A stretch of DNA of 64,000 bases, from contig NW_015164187.1 in NCBI RefSeq assembly GCF_001447785.1, positions 676,552 through 740,551 on the forward strand, given 5' to 3'. Both the position numbers and the translations under genes were made by a program. This DNA comes from Gekko japonicus (taxonomy: Eukaryota). Positions 20,735-34,657 of this stretch are shown here, piece by piece; the first letter of the stretch is position 1; each line of letters starts with the position of its first letter. The notes below the pieces were generated by a model that did no database searches, was not told the DNA's origin, and saw nothing but the letters and a program-made list of their open reading frames with translations.

Positions 20735-23041
20735 TCAGCAAATGAGAGGTGAAAGCAACACAACTGAAATCTACTTCATATAGATGTAGTTTGGGTAGGT
20801 AAGAACCACAATCCTAGTGGGTCGGTATTTCTGAACACAAGAATTACACAGAATGGGAACTGTGGGACATACAGGAAGAGGGGATGCATGTTCAAATGCC
20901 CAACCCTGACTGTATTTGCACAGGCTATACACCATCATACATCTAATGCTGAACCTGACCGGCCCTCAACATGCCAATCAAGAAAAGTCACACATTGTAC
21001 AGTCAGGGAAGATTGGGGAAAAACTGCAAGTTGAAAAAAGATCCTGTAAACTTTTTTTAAATGGGGGGGGACTCCCTAAACAAGGGCAACAGTAGGTTGC
21101 AAGACCTCAGCCGACATGCACAGCCAGGGCTGGGGGGGGGGGGCAAAATGGCAGGCCCTGGGAGGGGAGCGGGGGGGGGGGCAAAGCAGAGGGCAACAGC
21201 AGTTGCCAGGACAGGGAGAAACCATCAGTCTGTGGCAGGAGTCCCAAGGTGTTCGGGCTTGGAAGGGGAAAAAGGCACCAGGAGGACAAGACAGCAGGAG
21301 GAAGAAGGAAACTAGCACTGGGGAGAAGAGAGGACAAGGCAGCAGGAGGTCATGGGAGGAAAGAGGTGGCAGCAGTGCAAGAAGCAAGGGGCTGGCTAAG
21401 AGGAGGATTCAGGAGGGCAAGGAGAGGAAGGGCAGAGTAAGACAGCTAGAGGAGAAAGCAGAGACCAAGAGGGGGATTAAGGATAGTTCCATATGGAATA
21501 TATGCAGCACAAAACACTCCAAACTAATGTCCTATATCTCAGAGAGAATAACATCAAGCCAAACTCAGAATAACCACTGAAGAAAAAATGTGAGGCACTA
21601 CAGTCGAATGGGATGCCATGCGAGAGAACACGCAGGCATGCATGTTGCTCAAATGTTTGGCTTACAGAACATGTAACCATCATGGTCTGAGGAGCTGCAG
21701 AATCTGCCTCACAAAGGAAACCATGAATACCTCCATACACCAGCCTCACTGCTTTGATATAACAGGCCAGTATTGCTTCATCAATGATGTCATCAAAGAC
21801 CTATTAATATGCATATAGCCCTGCGGTTATTGCCTTGTAATAATTTCTCCCTCAAACAGCTAATTAGTTCATGTCATAGTATCAAACCTATGGCTTATAT
21901 ATATTCTTCCATTAAACTGCTATCCTTCATAACTTTCTTTTTATAATACATGCATACAGTGCAACCACAAGGGGGGGAAGTTCTTTTATGTCTGTTACTC
22001 ATATTTTTCCATTTATATAAACTATTAAAATTCATGCATATATTTTATAGGCTATCAAAATTTGGTCACTGGGCTATTACTGAATCTTTAATGAAAAAGT
22101 GCTAAATAGAAGAAATCACAGGGTTAAATGATGACTGCAACCCCTGTAATGACTTAATTAAAATTTTATTGAGTACATAAACTATGATGTCACTTTTAGC
22201 CAACCAGGCTCAAACTTTCGAGGCATGTCGGAGACCATGGCTTTTCTCAATAGAACATACTCCTAACTAAGCAGCATTTCTATACTCTAATAAGGGGGAG
22301 CAGGTCTCATGTAACACACTCAATAAATTATCCCTCCATTTTTAAAACAAACAAATTCCATGAGTTATAATATATTTGCCATGCACTTTTTATGACATAA
22401 TAAAAATGTTACCTTAAGGATTACTTAACACATACTACAAATGTTACAGCAGGCAATTGCAAGGGGGGCAAAGAAAATAAACAGCACCATTACAGGGACA
22501 AGTCCTGGACTTTGCATCCCTAGGGGAGCAGCTCACTATATAAAAGCAAAAGGCAGCAGCCTTATGTTAGTAAGAAAGAGATTAATAAGGAGATAACAAA
22601 GTTAAGAAAACATGGCAATAAATAAAATGTGACTCTTGCACTGAAAGGGGGGACAGCGTCCTGGATAACATCATTTTAAAAAAATAATAAAGGGCTAACA
22701 CAGTATTTGGAGGCAACCAGAGAAACACTATCTCATTAAAACAAATAAACTAAAAGAAGGGCTCTTTTGAAACATTCCTTTCTTACTCCTGTCTTCCCAT
22801 CATGGGCGAATTTCAGTACCTTAAAGCAATGGCAGGGGCTACACTGACTACAAGCTTGTGCCAAGTGGCACGTACAATTTAAAATTACTATTCAGTGATA
22901 GCTGCTGGATTCCCCCTGCAAGTTAAAACTCCTGCAGATTTCTGTTAAAAGCAAATTTTGGATAATCAATATTCCAGCCCTGCTTTGATTAAGAGGTGAT
23001 GAAGAACTTTAGAAGGCTTTACAAATAACACTAGTGGGTTA

Positions 23042-23245
23042 ATGTAAGAGCAGTCCTGCTGGATCCGACCAATGGTCCATCTAGTCCAGCAGCCTGTTTC
23101 ACACAGTGGCCAACCAGTTGCCCTGGAGGGTCAACAAACAGCACACAGAGGACAGGGCCTTCCCCAGATGGTGCTTCCTAGCACTGGTAATTCAGACGTT
23201 TGTGTCCTTTTTATATGGAAGTTCCCTCTGGTCACCATGGCTAGC
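23042..23245 (-). mobile_element. CR1 3' fragment
   Basis: CTGGACTAGATGGACCATTGGTCGGATCCAGCAGG 3' end on minus. Confidence 0.65.
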
Positions 23246-23454
23246 AACTAGTGGGTTCTGGGACTTCTGGGAAGGTCATTCCAAGGAATGAATCAAAAGC
23301 TCTGTTCAAAAATCTAAAATAGGTTCTGGGTCTCTCCACCTAAGGAATTCTGGTATACTAACTCAAAAATGTGTTTAGGCGTATGAACCATTTCACATTT
23401 AATCTGCCAGGTCTCTGAGTAAGCAACTTCTATCTAATGCAATCTATATTTATA

Positions 23455-24501
23455 CACAACAAACTATGGCAGGTCCTTAAAGAGACGGGAGTACCAGACC
23501 ACCTCACATGTCTCTTGAGAAACCTGTATAAGGGTCAAGAAGCAACAGTTAGAAACGGATATGGAACAACTGATTGGTTTAGCATAGGAAAAGGAGTACG
23601 ACAAGGATGTATATTGTCACCTTGCTTATTTAATATATATGCAGAGTACATCATGCGAAATGCTGGCCTGGATGAATCACAAGCGGGAATTAAGATTGCT
23701 GGGGAAAAGATCAACAACCTCAGATATGCAGACGATACCACTCTAATGGCAGAAAGTGAAGAGGACCTAAAGAGCCTCTTGTTCAGGGTAAAAGAGGAGA
23801 GCACAAAAGTGGGCTTGAAGCTCAACATCAAAAAAAACTAAGATCATGGCATCCGGCCCCATCACTCCTTGGCAAATAGAAGGGGAAGTCGTGGAAGTAG
23901 TGACAGACTTCACGTTCCTGGGATCCCAGATCACCGCAGACTGTGACAGCAGCCATGAAATTAAAAGACGCCTGCTCCTTGGGAGGAAAGCGATGGCGAA
24001 CCTAAACAGCATGATAAAAAGTAGAGACATCACCCTGCCAACAAAAGTCCGCATGGTCAAAGCAATGGTATTCCCAGTAGTCATGTATGGATGCGAGAGT
24101 TGGACTATAAGGAAGGCCGAGTGCCGAAGAATAGATTCTTTTGAACTATGGTGCTGGAGAAGACTCTTGAGAGTCCCTTGAACTGCAAGAAGATCAAATC
24201 AGTCAATCCTAAAAGAAATCAAGCCTGACTGTTCCCTGGAAGGCCAGATAATGAAACTGAAGCTCAGATACTTTGGCCACCAAATGAGAAGGGAGCACTC
24301 ACTGGAGAAGACCCTGATGCTGGGAAAGATTGAAGGTCAAAGAAGACGGGGACGGCAAAGGATGAGATGGTTAGACAGTGTCACAGATGCAACGAACATG
24401 AAGTTGAGCAAACCTCAGCGGAAGACCGGAAGGCCTGGCGTGATCTGGTCCATGGGGTCACGAAGAGTCGGACTCGACTGTGCAACTGAACAACAGTAAC
24501 A
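23455..24501 (+). mobile_element. 5'-truncated RTE-BovB LINE
   Basis: RT core (GVRQGCILSPCLFNIY, LRYADD) nearly identical to the copy at 45190, (CAA)-type tail, TSD ATATTTATA at 23446-23454 and 24502-24510. Confidence 0.95.
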
Positions 24502-25683
24502 ATATTTATATAAGTGTGTCATTCCCTCCTGCTGTATTAGTTATATTTGAACTTTGCATTTTGAAAAACAGAAATTTAGCTTTGAAATGTTGTCAAATGT
24601 GGTGCAAAATTTGCTGCTCCTAGCAATGCATATGATTGAACAGATGGAATACAGTTTTGCTTTCTTAAAGCACTTCTCCTGCCCAAGGCATCATACTCAC
24701 GCTTGCTACAAAACAGTTAACAGTTAAATATTTTCTTGCCAATATTTTAAGAGTGTAGAAGGTTCCAAATTGCTGGTAAAATAAACAATGCCAGACTGTG
24801 AAAACTCCTGGCTGCCATGCTCTCTGATGTTAACAAGAGTTTCTTTATTACTGTAACCTTTCTGAAGTGAATAAAAATTATTTCTCTGCCCTACTTCTGC
24901 CCTCAAGTAAAAGGAAAAGAAGGAAAGTGAACCACAAAAAGTTACACAGTATGAAGCCTAGAATACTGAATTCTCATTTTAAATGTCTATTTATACCTTA
25001 TTATATATATATATATATTGTTCCCCAGTTTAAAAGTCTTATGTTCCACAGGTACAACAGTTTCTGATTTTGTAATTCTCCATTTATTAATTTCTATTGA
25101 ATGAATGATAACTATGAGGGACACTTTGATGTTTCCCCCTGATATGTTCTGGAGCCAGAAAGGTATTTTTCCACCTAATATTTTGGGAAAGGGGCATTGC
25201 TCCTTCATTTGAGGCAAATAATTGCCACAACTGGAGAAGTAACTATGCTAAAGCACAAATTGATTTTTCTAAGTACATTTTCTGTACAGGCTTTTCCAGG
25301 GCATGATCCAGCTAAAATCAGATACTTTTAAGCTCTAGCAATTTCACTAGGAGAAAATTAAGCACATATGTAACTTTCTCACTGAAATCAATACAGCTGA
25401 AAAGAATTAAACTTTGGCTAGATTGTGCATTCAGGGTTTAACTTATGTTTACCTGCAATCAGGATTTGGAAAAAAATATTTTCAGAACAGATGATAACAT
25501 ATTATGTCCTCCCCTTTGGGACACTAGCCAGGTTTTTGGTGATTTCTCTACTAAGAAGGGGGGGGGGGAGAGAGAGAATTTAGAGCACTGATACACTGGA
25601 CAGAAGAGACCAGAAATACATTATTCTCAAAATATTTACTTTAAAATTCTCAGTGAATTCTAATTTTAAACATTCATCAGATG

Positions 25684-28600
25684 GAAACACCGGACTCACC
25701 ATGAGGGTTTCTTCTCATCAGTGGATTTAAAGGTTCTGCCTTCTCCCTGCTCCATGGTCAGGACACATGCACTTGATTCCCCCCACCCCAGTTCATGTCC
25801 TACCAATCTTCTGAGGAAGATGGATCCACCCTCTAGAAGAGCAATCACAGATGAACATCAACTACTACCTGGAGACCTGTAACCAGAGATATTGTAAGGC
25901 TAAAGAAAAGAAGAAATCCCAGACAGTCTCCCTGTCAACCTAGGGAGTTTCTCTCCAATTCCTTCTCCAGCAACATCGGCAGGGAAGGATACCTTCCAGT
26001 CCACTGATGAGAAGATACCCTCGTGGCAAGTCAAATGTTTTGTTTTCCATTAATGCAGGAAGGTATCCTTGTATGAGATAATCAAAATCTCTATTATCCT
26101 GGATGGTAAAATAGAGGAGAAGAATTATTGAGGAACTACCTTTTGGAGAACTCTTTTGACAAACACAGTCTCAGCTGAGGCAAACATGTCTATTCTGTAG
26201 TGTCTCATGAAAGTAGAGGCCAGGGCCCAAGTTGCTGCCCTAGAGATTTCAACAATGGACGGACAGGTGTAGAGGGCTGCAGAAGTAGTGACTTCTCTCA
26301 CAGAACAGGGTGAAGAAGATGTTGAATGTCATAAGCCAAGAAAATCCAAGTTCTGATGTATCTGGCTATGGTTGCTGATAACGGCATCTTTTTCATAGTA
26401 TTGAATTAAGGAGAAGACGAACAAGACATTGAAGTTCTGAAGGCTGCTGTTCTCTTAACGCAGATGCAGAAGGCCCTCCATACATCTAATTTATGCCAGT
26501 CATGTTCCTTAACAATGGCTGGGATGAGGCCAGAATGAAGGACGGTGGATCTCCTGATCACTGCGGAACAAAGCTAACTTGTGTTGTATATAGGAGGAAT
26601 CCATGTGCGTGAAAGCTCACCAAATTCTCCTGAGAAAAACAAAGCCTGTCTCTGATTGAGAGGGCAGCAAGTTCTGAAATCCTCCAAAGTTTCAGTTACA
26701 AGAAAGGCTACCTTGAAAGACGGATTTTTAATTGGAATTGACCTCAAATGTTCAAATGGAGGTTTGTGTAGAACTCTCAATACCTGAATGGGAGGATTGG
26801 AGAGGGCTGCTCTCCTTAGGAAAGGCTTTATATGACTGTGTCTGGAAAGAGGTAGTCCTGCAATGGGCCAGAGAACTGACGAGAAGGCTAACACCTGACA
26901 CCAAAGTGTTGGGCACTGATCCAGGCCATCCTGCAGGAAGCAAAGGACTTCTGGTACACTTGCTGCAGGTGGTCTAGTTTTCTTTCTGTGGCGCAACCTG
27001 TGGAAAGTTTTTCCAAGTGGCTTCATAGATCTTAGAAGCCAAGCTCACTTTAATGACTTTTTTGGACAGCCATGTCACTGTACTACCCTCCTTCCAATTT
27101 CCATGTGGACAGGCAGAGCCAATTGCATTGGGAGGGAATACAGGACCCTAGAGGAGAATATCATATTGTTGGATGAGGATGCAAAAGTCTTCTACCACAT
27201 GTGAGAGTAACACGAGACAGATTGCTCTTAGCTCGAGCCAACTGATGCTGTGCTTTTTCTCTATGTCACTCCACTTCCTTTGGGCGACCAACTGATGGCA
27301 GTGTGCTCCCGAGGAGACTGGCATCTGCTGTGATTTCCACTCTGGGTAGTTCTGCAAAGGAACTGTCTCTCCTCAGACGGGAGTTCCAGAGCCACCACTG
27401 GAAGAAGCAGTATATACTGGGTGAAACCATTATGTTCCCTGTGATGATGCTGAAGGATATCTCATTGATAGGGCAGTAGGTGCCATTGAAAGGGACAAGA
27501 GCGGAATGAGGTTCATGGCACAATTTCCAGACAGGAGATCATAAGACCCAGCACAGGTGCCAAGGCCATCAGTGTACGGATGTCAGGTGTAGGAGGGGAG
27601 CAATTGCTGCCTTGAGACTGAGGTGATGTTCTTCTGGGAGTGAGGCAGTGGATTGTCTATTGATGTCCCTAGATGTGAAAGCATGAGGATGCTCTTCTAG
27701 TAGATCACCAGGAACCCATGACAGTGGAGAACCTGTAGGGTTGTTTGGAAGTTTCAGAGGTCCTGTGTTCTGGATGGTGACCTCATTAGAAAGTTGTTCA
27801 CATAGGGCCAGATGTGTATACCCTGTGTCCTGAGATGGGCCACTAGTGCAGTCATCAACTTGTTGAAGCCTCAGGGGGAAGAGAATAACCCAAATTGAAG
27901 GGCCTTGTACTGAAAATGCTTGTAACCACAGGCCAAGTGAAGGTACAGTCTGGAGCTTGGATGTATGGAAATGTGTAAGTAAGCCTCCTGGAGATATGAA
28001 GGCTAATTAATCAGCTATCTGGAGACTCTGCTATGGCCATGCAAAATGTCCTCTTTCTCATGAGTCTGTTGAGGTGCATTAGGTCTAGAATTGCCCTCTT
28101 GATTTTTCTTAGGCATGACAAACATGATGAATTTTTCAGGACCTATTATTTCTTTCTCTGGTATTGGTTCTATGGCTCTCCAGCAGGTTATTGATGGCTT
28201 GGAGCATGTTGATGTCATTCTGGCTTGCTGAATCTTGGGGAAAGAAGAAACCTGTTTCTTGGAGGATGGAGGTGGTCTGTGACATACCCCAAATTGATAC
28301 TCTGGCACACTCGTCTTGAGTGGAACAAAACCAAGCAGTGAGGTGAAGGACTGAAGTCAATTGGCAAAAACATGTTCGGTCAGAGTCACAAATGGTCTAT
28401 ATTTGAGATAATTGTACAATTTTATTTTGATTCGAGGCTACTATTTGGGTCTACCTTTGTTTTTATCTGATTTGTAATAAATACATGTGTTTTTGTATAT
28501 TTGGTAATATTTATGTTTTATGTTTAGATCTAGAAGTACTGCACCCTCACATTCCCTGCTAGTCTTAGACCAAACATGACCTTCCCCAGAAGATGCAGAA

Positions 28601-29646
28601 AATCCTCCTGGAACAGCTTGGTGAATGCTGGGCAAGAAGAAGTTATGCCTTTCCCTGAACACTCCCCCTCTTCTGAAGCCATGGAGTCTGAAGCAACATT
28701 GCAGTGCAGTCACTCCAAATGGCCAGAGGGGGCAGAGGATCTAGACCCTGAGACCGCAGATGGGGTTGAGAGCTGGCCTTGTAGTCTGCTGGGCCTATAA
28801 GAGGGGCTGCGATGTCTGGCCCTGTAGGTAGTTCTGGGATCTGGGAAATAACAGCCAGGTTCCTCAGAGGAATGTCTCTAGCATCTGCTGGATCCCTTTC
28901 CTGTGTCCCCCTGTAAGAAAGGTGCAAGAAGACGAGTAAGGAGGGAGGAAGAGGAGGAATCCTCATCCTTCTATCTATGGTGTCTCCTTTTTCACAACTC
29001 CCCCCCCCCTTCAGAGCCTGTTTCCGTTCACCACTTGCTTAGTAATGTAGGTGCAGAAGTCCGGGTGAAATGAAGCCACGTTGATTATGGGGGGGGGGAG
29101 CCATCCTCTGAAAGCAAATGAGGCCCCCTATTGCCTCATCTTCTGTCTTGGGGAACCTTTCCTGTGGCCAAGCCCTTTCAGCACTAGTACTTGCCAGGAC
29201 CTCCTGGCCTTGTGTAGCTGATGGGATGAGAGATCACTAAACTTTCAGAGGAGGAAAGGGCCTGCTGTTGAGAGGAAGCTTGTGCTGGGGCCTCAGAGGA
29301 TGAAGTGGCCATACTTTCTTCTCATGGCAGCTCAGTGCTAGTTGCTGCCATGGGGCATTCCATCAAATACAGTTTCTTCTTCTTAGCCTCTGCTTCTAGT
29401 GAGCAGGAAGTGATGGGGGCCATTGCTGATTTATGGTGTTCTGGCATTTTCTCCTGCTTTTTCCTAAATGAGGCAAGAGAGCTGTGGAAGCTCATGGAGC
29501 AGGCAGGGCATAGTTATATGTTGGGGTGAGCACTTCCTCAGGATAGTGGAAGCCTTTGCAAACAAAACCAAACTGCATATGCCTTGCCCATGGAGTAAGG
29601 AGGAAGCACAGCCCATACAAGGGATATCTTTCTCCACTGATGGAGA
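25684..29646 (-). mobile_element. Decayed DIRS retrotransposon with both ITRs and the internal complementary region
   Basis: Tyrosine recombinase remnant at 26150-27030 (I.RAATW..ASTFMRHYRID), RNase H (ITADAS, WLELRAI) and RT remnants at 27150-28300. Inverted termini 25737-25770 vs 29575-29608; ICR at 26000-26077. Confidence 0.85.
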
Positions 29647-30329
29647 GTATTTCAAATATTTGCTAATTTTTTATTTTACAACTGATACTTCACTTTGATA
29701 TTAAATATTTGCCAGCATTGGGAAGTTACTATAGGAAAGGAGAACTATGGATATGAGTCCAAACAAGATAAACAATAACCGTAGAAAAATAACTAATTAA
29801 CTCTAAACAAATCTTTTTAATATACCAATTTAATGAGCACATAAATATCAAATAATAGAAATAACACCTGTTTGCATTTAGCAAAATCATTTACACAGTG
29901 CAAGTCGACTGATTAACAAATCCCTTTAAATCACTATATTCTTACAAACATATGGAAAGGCTAATAAATACTAATGAACAGTGCAATAAAGCTAAGTACC
30001 ACCCTTTTTCAAGTATTATGATGCTGTATACTTTGACAGTGCATGAATACTTTTATTCGTATATGCTTTATAAGAAACAAGTCATAAAGACAAAATTTTT
30101 CTCAGATGATGTTGAGAGGCTTTTTCTCCATGCAAAGTTGGCATGCAATAGATATTTGACTGCATTTGATATACAATTTTATTTGGGATTTCCTATTAGA
30201 TATGTGCCAACATCAAAACATTCAAGAGAGGCTAACCACTTAAAGACACTCAATATTAAAGGCTACATTTCACATTCAAAATCTGAATTTCAGATTTGAA
30301 AATAATAGCATCCAGAATTTAGTAGCAGT

Positions 30330-30590
30330 GCTGAATTGCTGCCCAGAGAAGGTGAAGGAGCTCCAAAAGGATTGCTCCAGGTTGGATGAGTAGACAACAA
30401 TGTGGCAAATATAGTTCAGTGTAAATAAGTGCAAGTTGATGCACACTGGAACAAAAAATCCTAACTTGAAATATATACCGATGGGGTCTTGGTGACTGAG
30501 AAGAAAAGAGATCTTGGGGGTTGCAGTGGACAACTCAATGAAAATGTCAGCTTAGTGTGTCGCAGCAATGAAAAGGGCAAACAACATGCT
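30330..30590 (+). mobile_element. Degraded CR1 RT-region fragment
   Basis: LQKD...WQ..FSVNKCKLMH.GTKNP..Y...EK.RDLG CR1 signature. Confidence 0.7.
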
Positions 30591-31387
30591 GTTAACAGAG
30601 ACACATCACAGCAATCATATCACCTCTGTATTAAAAAGGTTCATTTCCCAAGTGCCCATATTAGCTGGGTCCAGGGGATCTGAAGGCCTGTTTTCTCTTG
30701 TATGAACTTTTCTGTCCACTGAAGTCTTGCAGTGAGGCCTTCCTCCAGGTGCCCCACACTCTGGTGATCCCAGGTTTGTGGAACCCTTTGAGGTTTGCCT
30801 GGCACATTATTTGTATGCATGCAGGTGCTTAGGTGAAAAGAAGGAAAACATCCCAGGCCAGTCACAACATCCAAATGAGCTATGAGAGAACTCCATAGTC
30901 AGCAACTCTGCTCACAAGCAGGACACATTTTGGAAAGTAAATCTGCTGTCCTCACCAAGCAGAAACACCAGCCAGTTATTAAAAGCTTTCCTACTGTCTT
31001 GGAATGAGGGTTCACTCCATAATGACTGAGACTGATGGTTGAGATGGCAGTTCATATGGATTGGCCTCCCCTGTGCTCTCATGCTCTGTCATGCTTTGTT
31101 ATGTTCCATCTTGTTTTCTCTCTTCATCCACCCACTTGGCTCAGTATTAGTTAACATCTATTGTTGCATACATCTAGAACCTGTGGGAGTGGATGCATTC
31201 ATCTGTACTACTGACTGCCATCTCAATTGATGTTTATAGAGTTTTAGAGATTATTTTATATTTAGATTAATAGTAGTTGTTATATTTGTGTCTACATTGT
31301 TGCAACCCACCCTGAACCTTACTGTGCAGGGGAGGGCAGGCTAGAAATAAAACCAACAAATAAAATAAAATAAAAATGCCATTAGTG

Positions 31388-31520
31388 AGGGGGCATGGTT
31401 CAGTTGCAGAGCACATGAAGTCCATACAGAAGCATCTCCAGAACAACGATTCCCAATCTAAGAGAGCCACAGCTAGTAAGACAATACTGGATTGGATTTC
31501 TGAGTCCTAGAGTATGACTA
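31388..31520 (+). mobile_element. Degraded tRNA-derived SINE
   Basis: Weak homology to the 18768-18970 family. Confidence 0.45.
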
Positions 31521-32783
31521 GGCAGCATAGGATATGCTAAACATGCTCAAGCTAGGGGGGCCTGAATCTAGCCAGCACCTGGGAACTCTGCACATGACAT
31601 CTGGAGTTGCCTAATGCAAAGCAGGGAGGAAATAAATATAATAAAATAAAGCAGCACTATATGTTAATTCATTACACAGTACTCAAGATTTTAACCTCCC
31701 GCTGTAAGCATGTTGCTTCTCTGAACCATTTGATTTTCTCACAGATACTTCTGACGTGATGTACTCTAACAGCATACTATAACTTGTATGGACCCTAATC
31801 TATTAGAAATAAGATAGGGAGGTTCTTCCTTACACCAAGGGGATAGACAAAAGGATGGTCATATCCCTTCTAGCCTGGCAGTTTTCTCATTCTATATGTT
31901 GCTTACTACATCAGAGGTTCTCAACCTACGTTTAGGCCATGAAATGCTGAATGGTGCTATGGCAAGCTGCTGCCAGGGGCAAACTGAGGGAGAAAGAAGC
32001 TTGGTGCCTCCATGTATTGCCATCAGGTTTTCCAGCAGAACATGCCTAAACAGTTTGGAAACAGAGTCTAAATGTAGACCTACTCTTGGTCTGATCCAAC
32101 AGGGGTATTGGGTTTTTTAAAAATGTGTGGTTTAGTTTCTTCAAGGTAGAGGAAAAGCTGGATCCTTAAAGATCAAAATGGCAACATTTAGCTGCTGAGT
32201 GGGTATGTGGACAGCAAGAGAGGTAACGATAGTACAGGTTACAAACTTCAGAGGTAGAAGAAAACCTAATACATTACCTAACAGAAGAGAAAGTAAGAGC
32301 AAAGACGACCACCAATGGGAACATAGCAGAAACTCAAGTTTTAAGAAATGTGACACTATCCAGAAGAAAACTATAGAAATCTCATTTTAGGAAGACTGAT
32401 CAAAGAACGTTGGTGCTGCAGGCCATCAGCATAGAAACCACAATGAGAACGAAAAGAACAAAAAACAGACGAGAGGAAAAATACATACAGGGAGGAAAAA
32501 CTGGTAAAAGTTCTGTTAATGGGAAAAAAGAGTGAACTATCACCATAAATCTTGACAGGAGCCCATGAAAAAAGATACAAATGGAATTCAGGAAGGAGAG
32601 AACCAGTGAAGCTTAGAGTGCTTAGAAAAATAAGAACAGCATGGCCCCGTTGTAAAATGCAGAGGATCCAGGGGCTGGAGGTCAGAAAAGAAGCCTTGGG
32701 ACTTAGCACAAAGTCCAGATAGCCTGAAACATGGCTTAGAGCAGTTTTTAGCCAGACGAACAGTTTCAGAGCCTGACAAACTG

Positions 32784-32862
<79 letters not shown>

Positions 32863-32863
32863 A
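32784..32863. repeat. (GAAA)n microsatellite, about 20 units
   Basis: Direct observation. Confidence 0.98.
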
Positions 32864-33908
32864 CATGACAGACAGTTTGAGAGAGAAAAGGAAGCAAAAG
32901 CCAGGATGGTAGGACTCAGTGTGAGAATCACCATCCTGGCTCCTTGGCATTTATTTGCCAATACCTCTAAGACAGCTGTAGCGCCTCATAATTTGTGGAT
33001 GACATAAACGTCTATCTGACCTTTTGTACACATATTACCCATGAAAAGCCTTTTTCATTGTAACCAGGGAGTACCGCACCACTGTTTAACACCAGGCTCC
33101 TTTTCCAGCCACCAGGAACTGACCTTTTGAGACATGGAATCAATGCCTAGTTTCAGACCAATCTGTGGCTTTGGGTGGAGGGGATTCCAAGAAAACTATA
33201 CCAGCCACCCTAAGCCATACTTACCTACTGATTCAGCTGGGCTGGCTCCATTACTGAACATTATAGCTTCTGTCCGCAAACAGGGGAATAACACAGAACA
33301 GCAAGAAACAGATGTTCAGTATATAGTTAGGAAGCTAGATGAGGCATGCAGTCCCTGTATTATTTTTTTTTTGGTATACCATTTCATTAGCTTCAGTTTT
33401 GGTGGAAATCCACTGGGTGTCAAAATCCATGCTTCTGGATCAAGGAAGATCTGTGAGTCTGATTTTACTTCCCAAAACCACCAGAACTGAAGACCATCCT
33501 GCTCCTATATCTATATAACATACTGACCATAATGTGTTGTCTAAGGGGTGAAGGTCCACACCGAATCTAGTATCAAACTGGATTTTTTGCTAGACCAGTA
33601 GGTGATTTCCATGCTCTGGTGGGGACGCAGAGTATCATGAACTGAGCATCACAACATGGTTATGGGATTGACACTAGTAGGATACCAATGTGGGATAAGC
33701 AGAGGAATGAAAAAGATACTTTTCTGTATTTGATCAGTTGATCTCTTTAGATGTGACTGAAATTCCTAATAATGAAACTTTGCTATATCCCTGTAAAACA
33801 GTCCTGCTAGTACTTAGGGATCTAAAGGAACAATGTGATACTTTGTTATCACTGAAGAGTTATCAAAAAACGCTAATGCAACCAGGAAAGGATTCACCAA
33901 ATTTAAAA

Positions 33909-34125
33909 GAGGAGGAGGAGGAGGAGGAGGAGGAGATTGGATTTATACCCCGCCCTTCACTCAGTGTGGCTTAAAAACTCCTTTCCCTTCCCACAACAGA
34001 CACCCTGTAAGGTAGGTGGGGCTGAGAGAGTTCTTTCAAGAGCTACTCTTTCAAGAACAGCTCTGACCAGAACTATGGCTTGCCCAAGGTCATCCGCGCA
34101 CATAACCACTACACCAAACTGGCTC
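33909..34125 (-). mobile_element. Squam3-like SINE, internally deleted, (CTC)n tail
   Basis: Homologous to 3890-4163. Confidence 0.8.
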
Positions 34126-34254
34126 AGTTCACACATGCAAGTGGCCATCATACCACTGCTTTAAATGTAATCATGTAGAGATGCGGCATACTGTTGTTCA
34201 CATGCAGTGAACAATCTGGATACTACTCACCTGGATTTCCTAAATTCCTCCCTA

Positions 34255-34592
34255 AAGGTTTCCCTTACTCGAAAGCCAGTTGAATCTGACTCTAGGGCGC
34301 GGTGCCCATCTCCGTTTCCAAGCCAAAGAGCCAGAGCTGTCCACAGACATTTCTGTGGTCATGTGACCAACATGACTAGACACCGAGGTGCATGGAGTGT
34401 TGTTACCTTCCCACCAAAGTGGTACCTATTTATCTACTTGAAATTTCTGGATTTCGAACTGCTAGGTTGGCAGGACCTGGGCCCAGAGATGGGAGCTCAC
34501 TCTGTTATGTGGCACTCGGGTCTCGAACTGCTGAACTACTGACCTTCTGGTCTGCAGTTCAGCGTCTTAACCACTGAGCCACCACAGCCCCA
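34255..34592 (-). mobile_element. Sauria SINE, full length, 13-bp TSD
   Basis: tRNA head GGGCTGTGGTGGCTCAGTGGTTAAG, body CCAACCTAGCAGTTCGAAA and AGATAAATAGGTACC, ACCTTT tail. TSD AAATTCCTCCCTA at 34242-34254 and 34593-34605. Confidence 0.9.
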
Positions 34593-34657
34593 AAATTCCT
34601 CCCTACCACATACATTTGTGGCAAAAAAATCTCCAGCTCCACATTGCCAGGTTGCCA

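Noticed and set aside
21061-21580. Overlapping ORFs in a purine-rich tract
   Set aside because: Low-complexity G/A-rich sequence lacks stops by composition; there is no splice or homology support.
32371-32961. 196-aa and 120-aa hydrophobic ORFs
   Set aside because: Their length and hydrophobicity come from the (TTTC)n microsatellite; no domain is recognisable.
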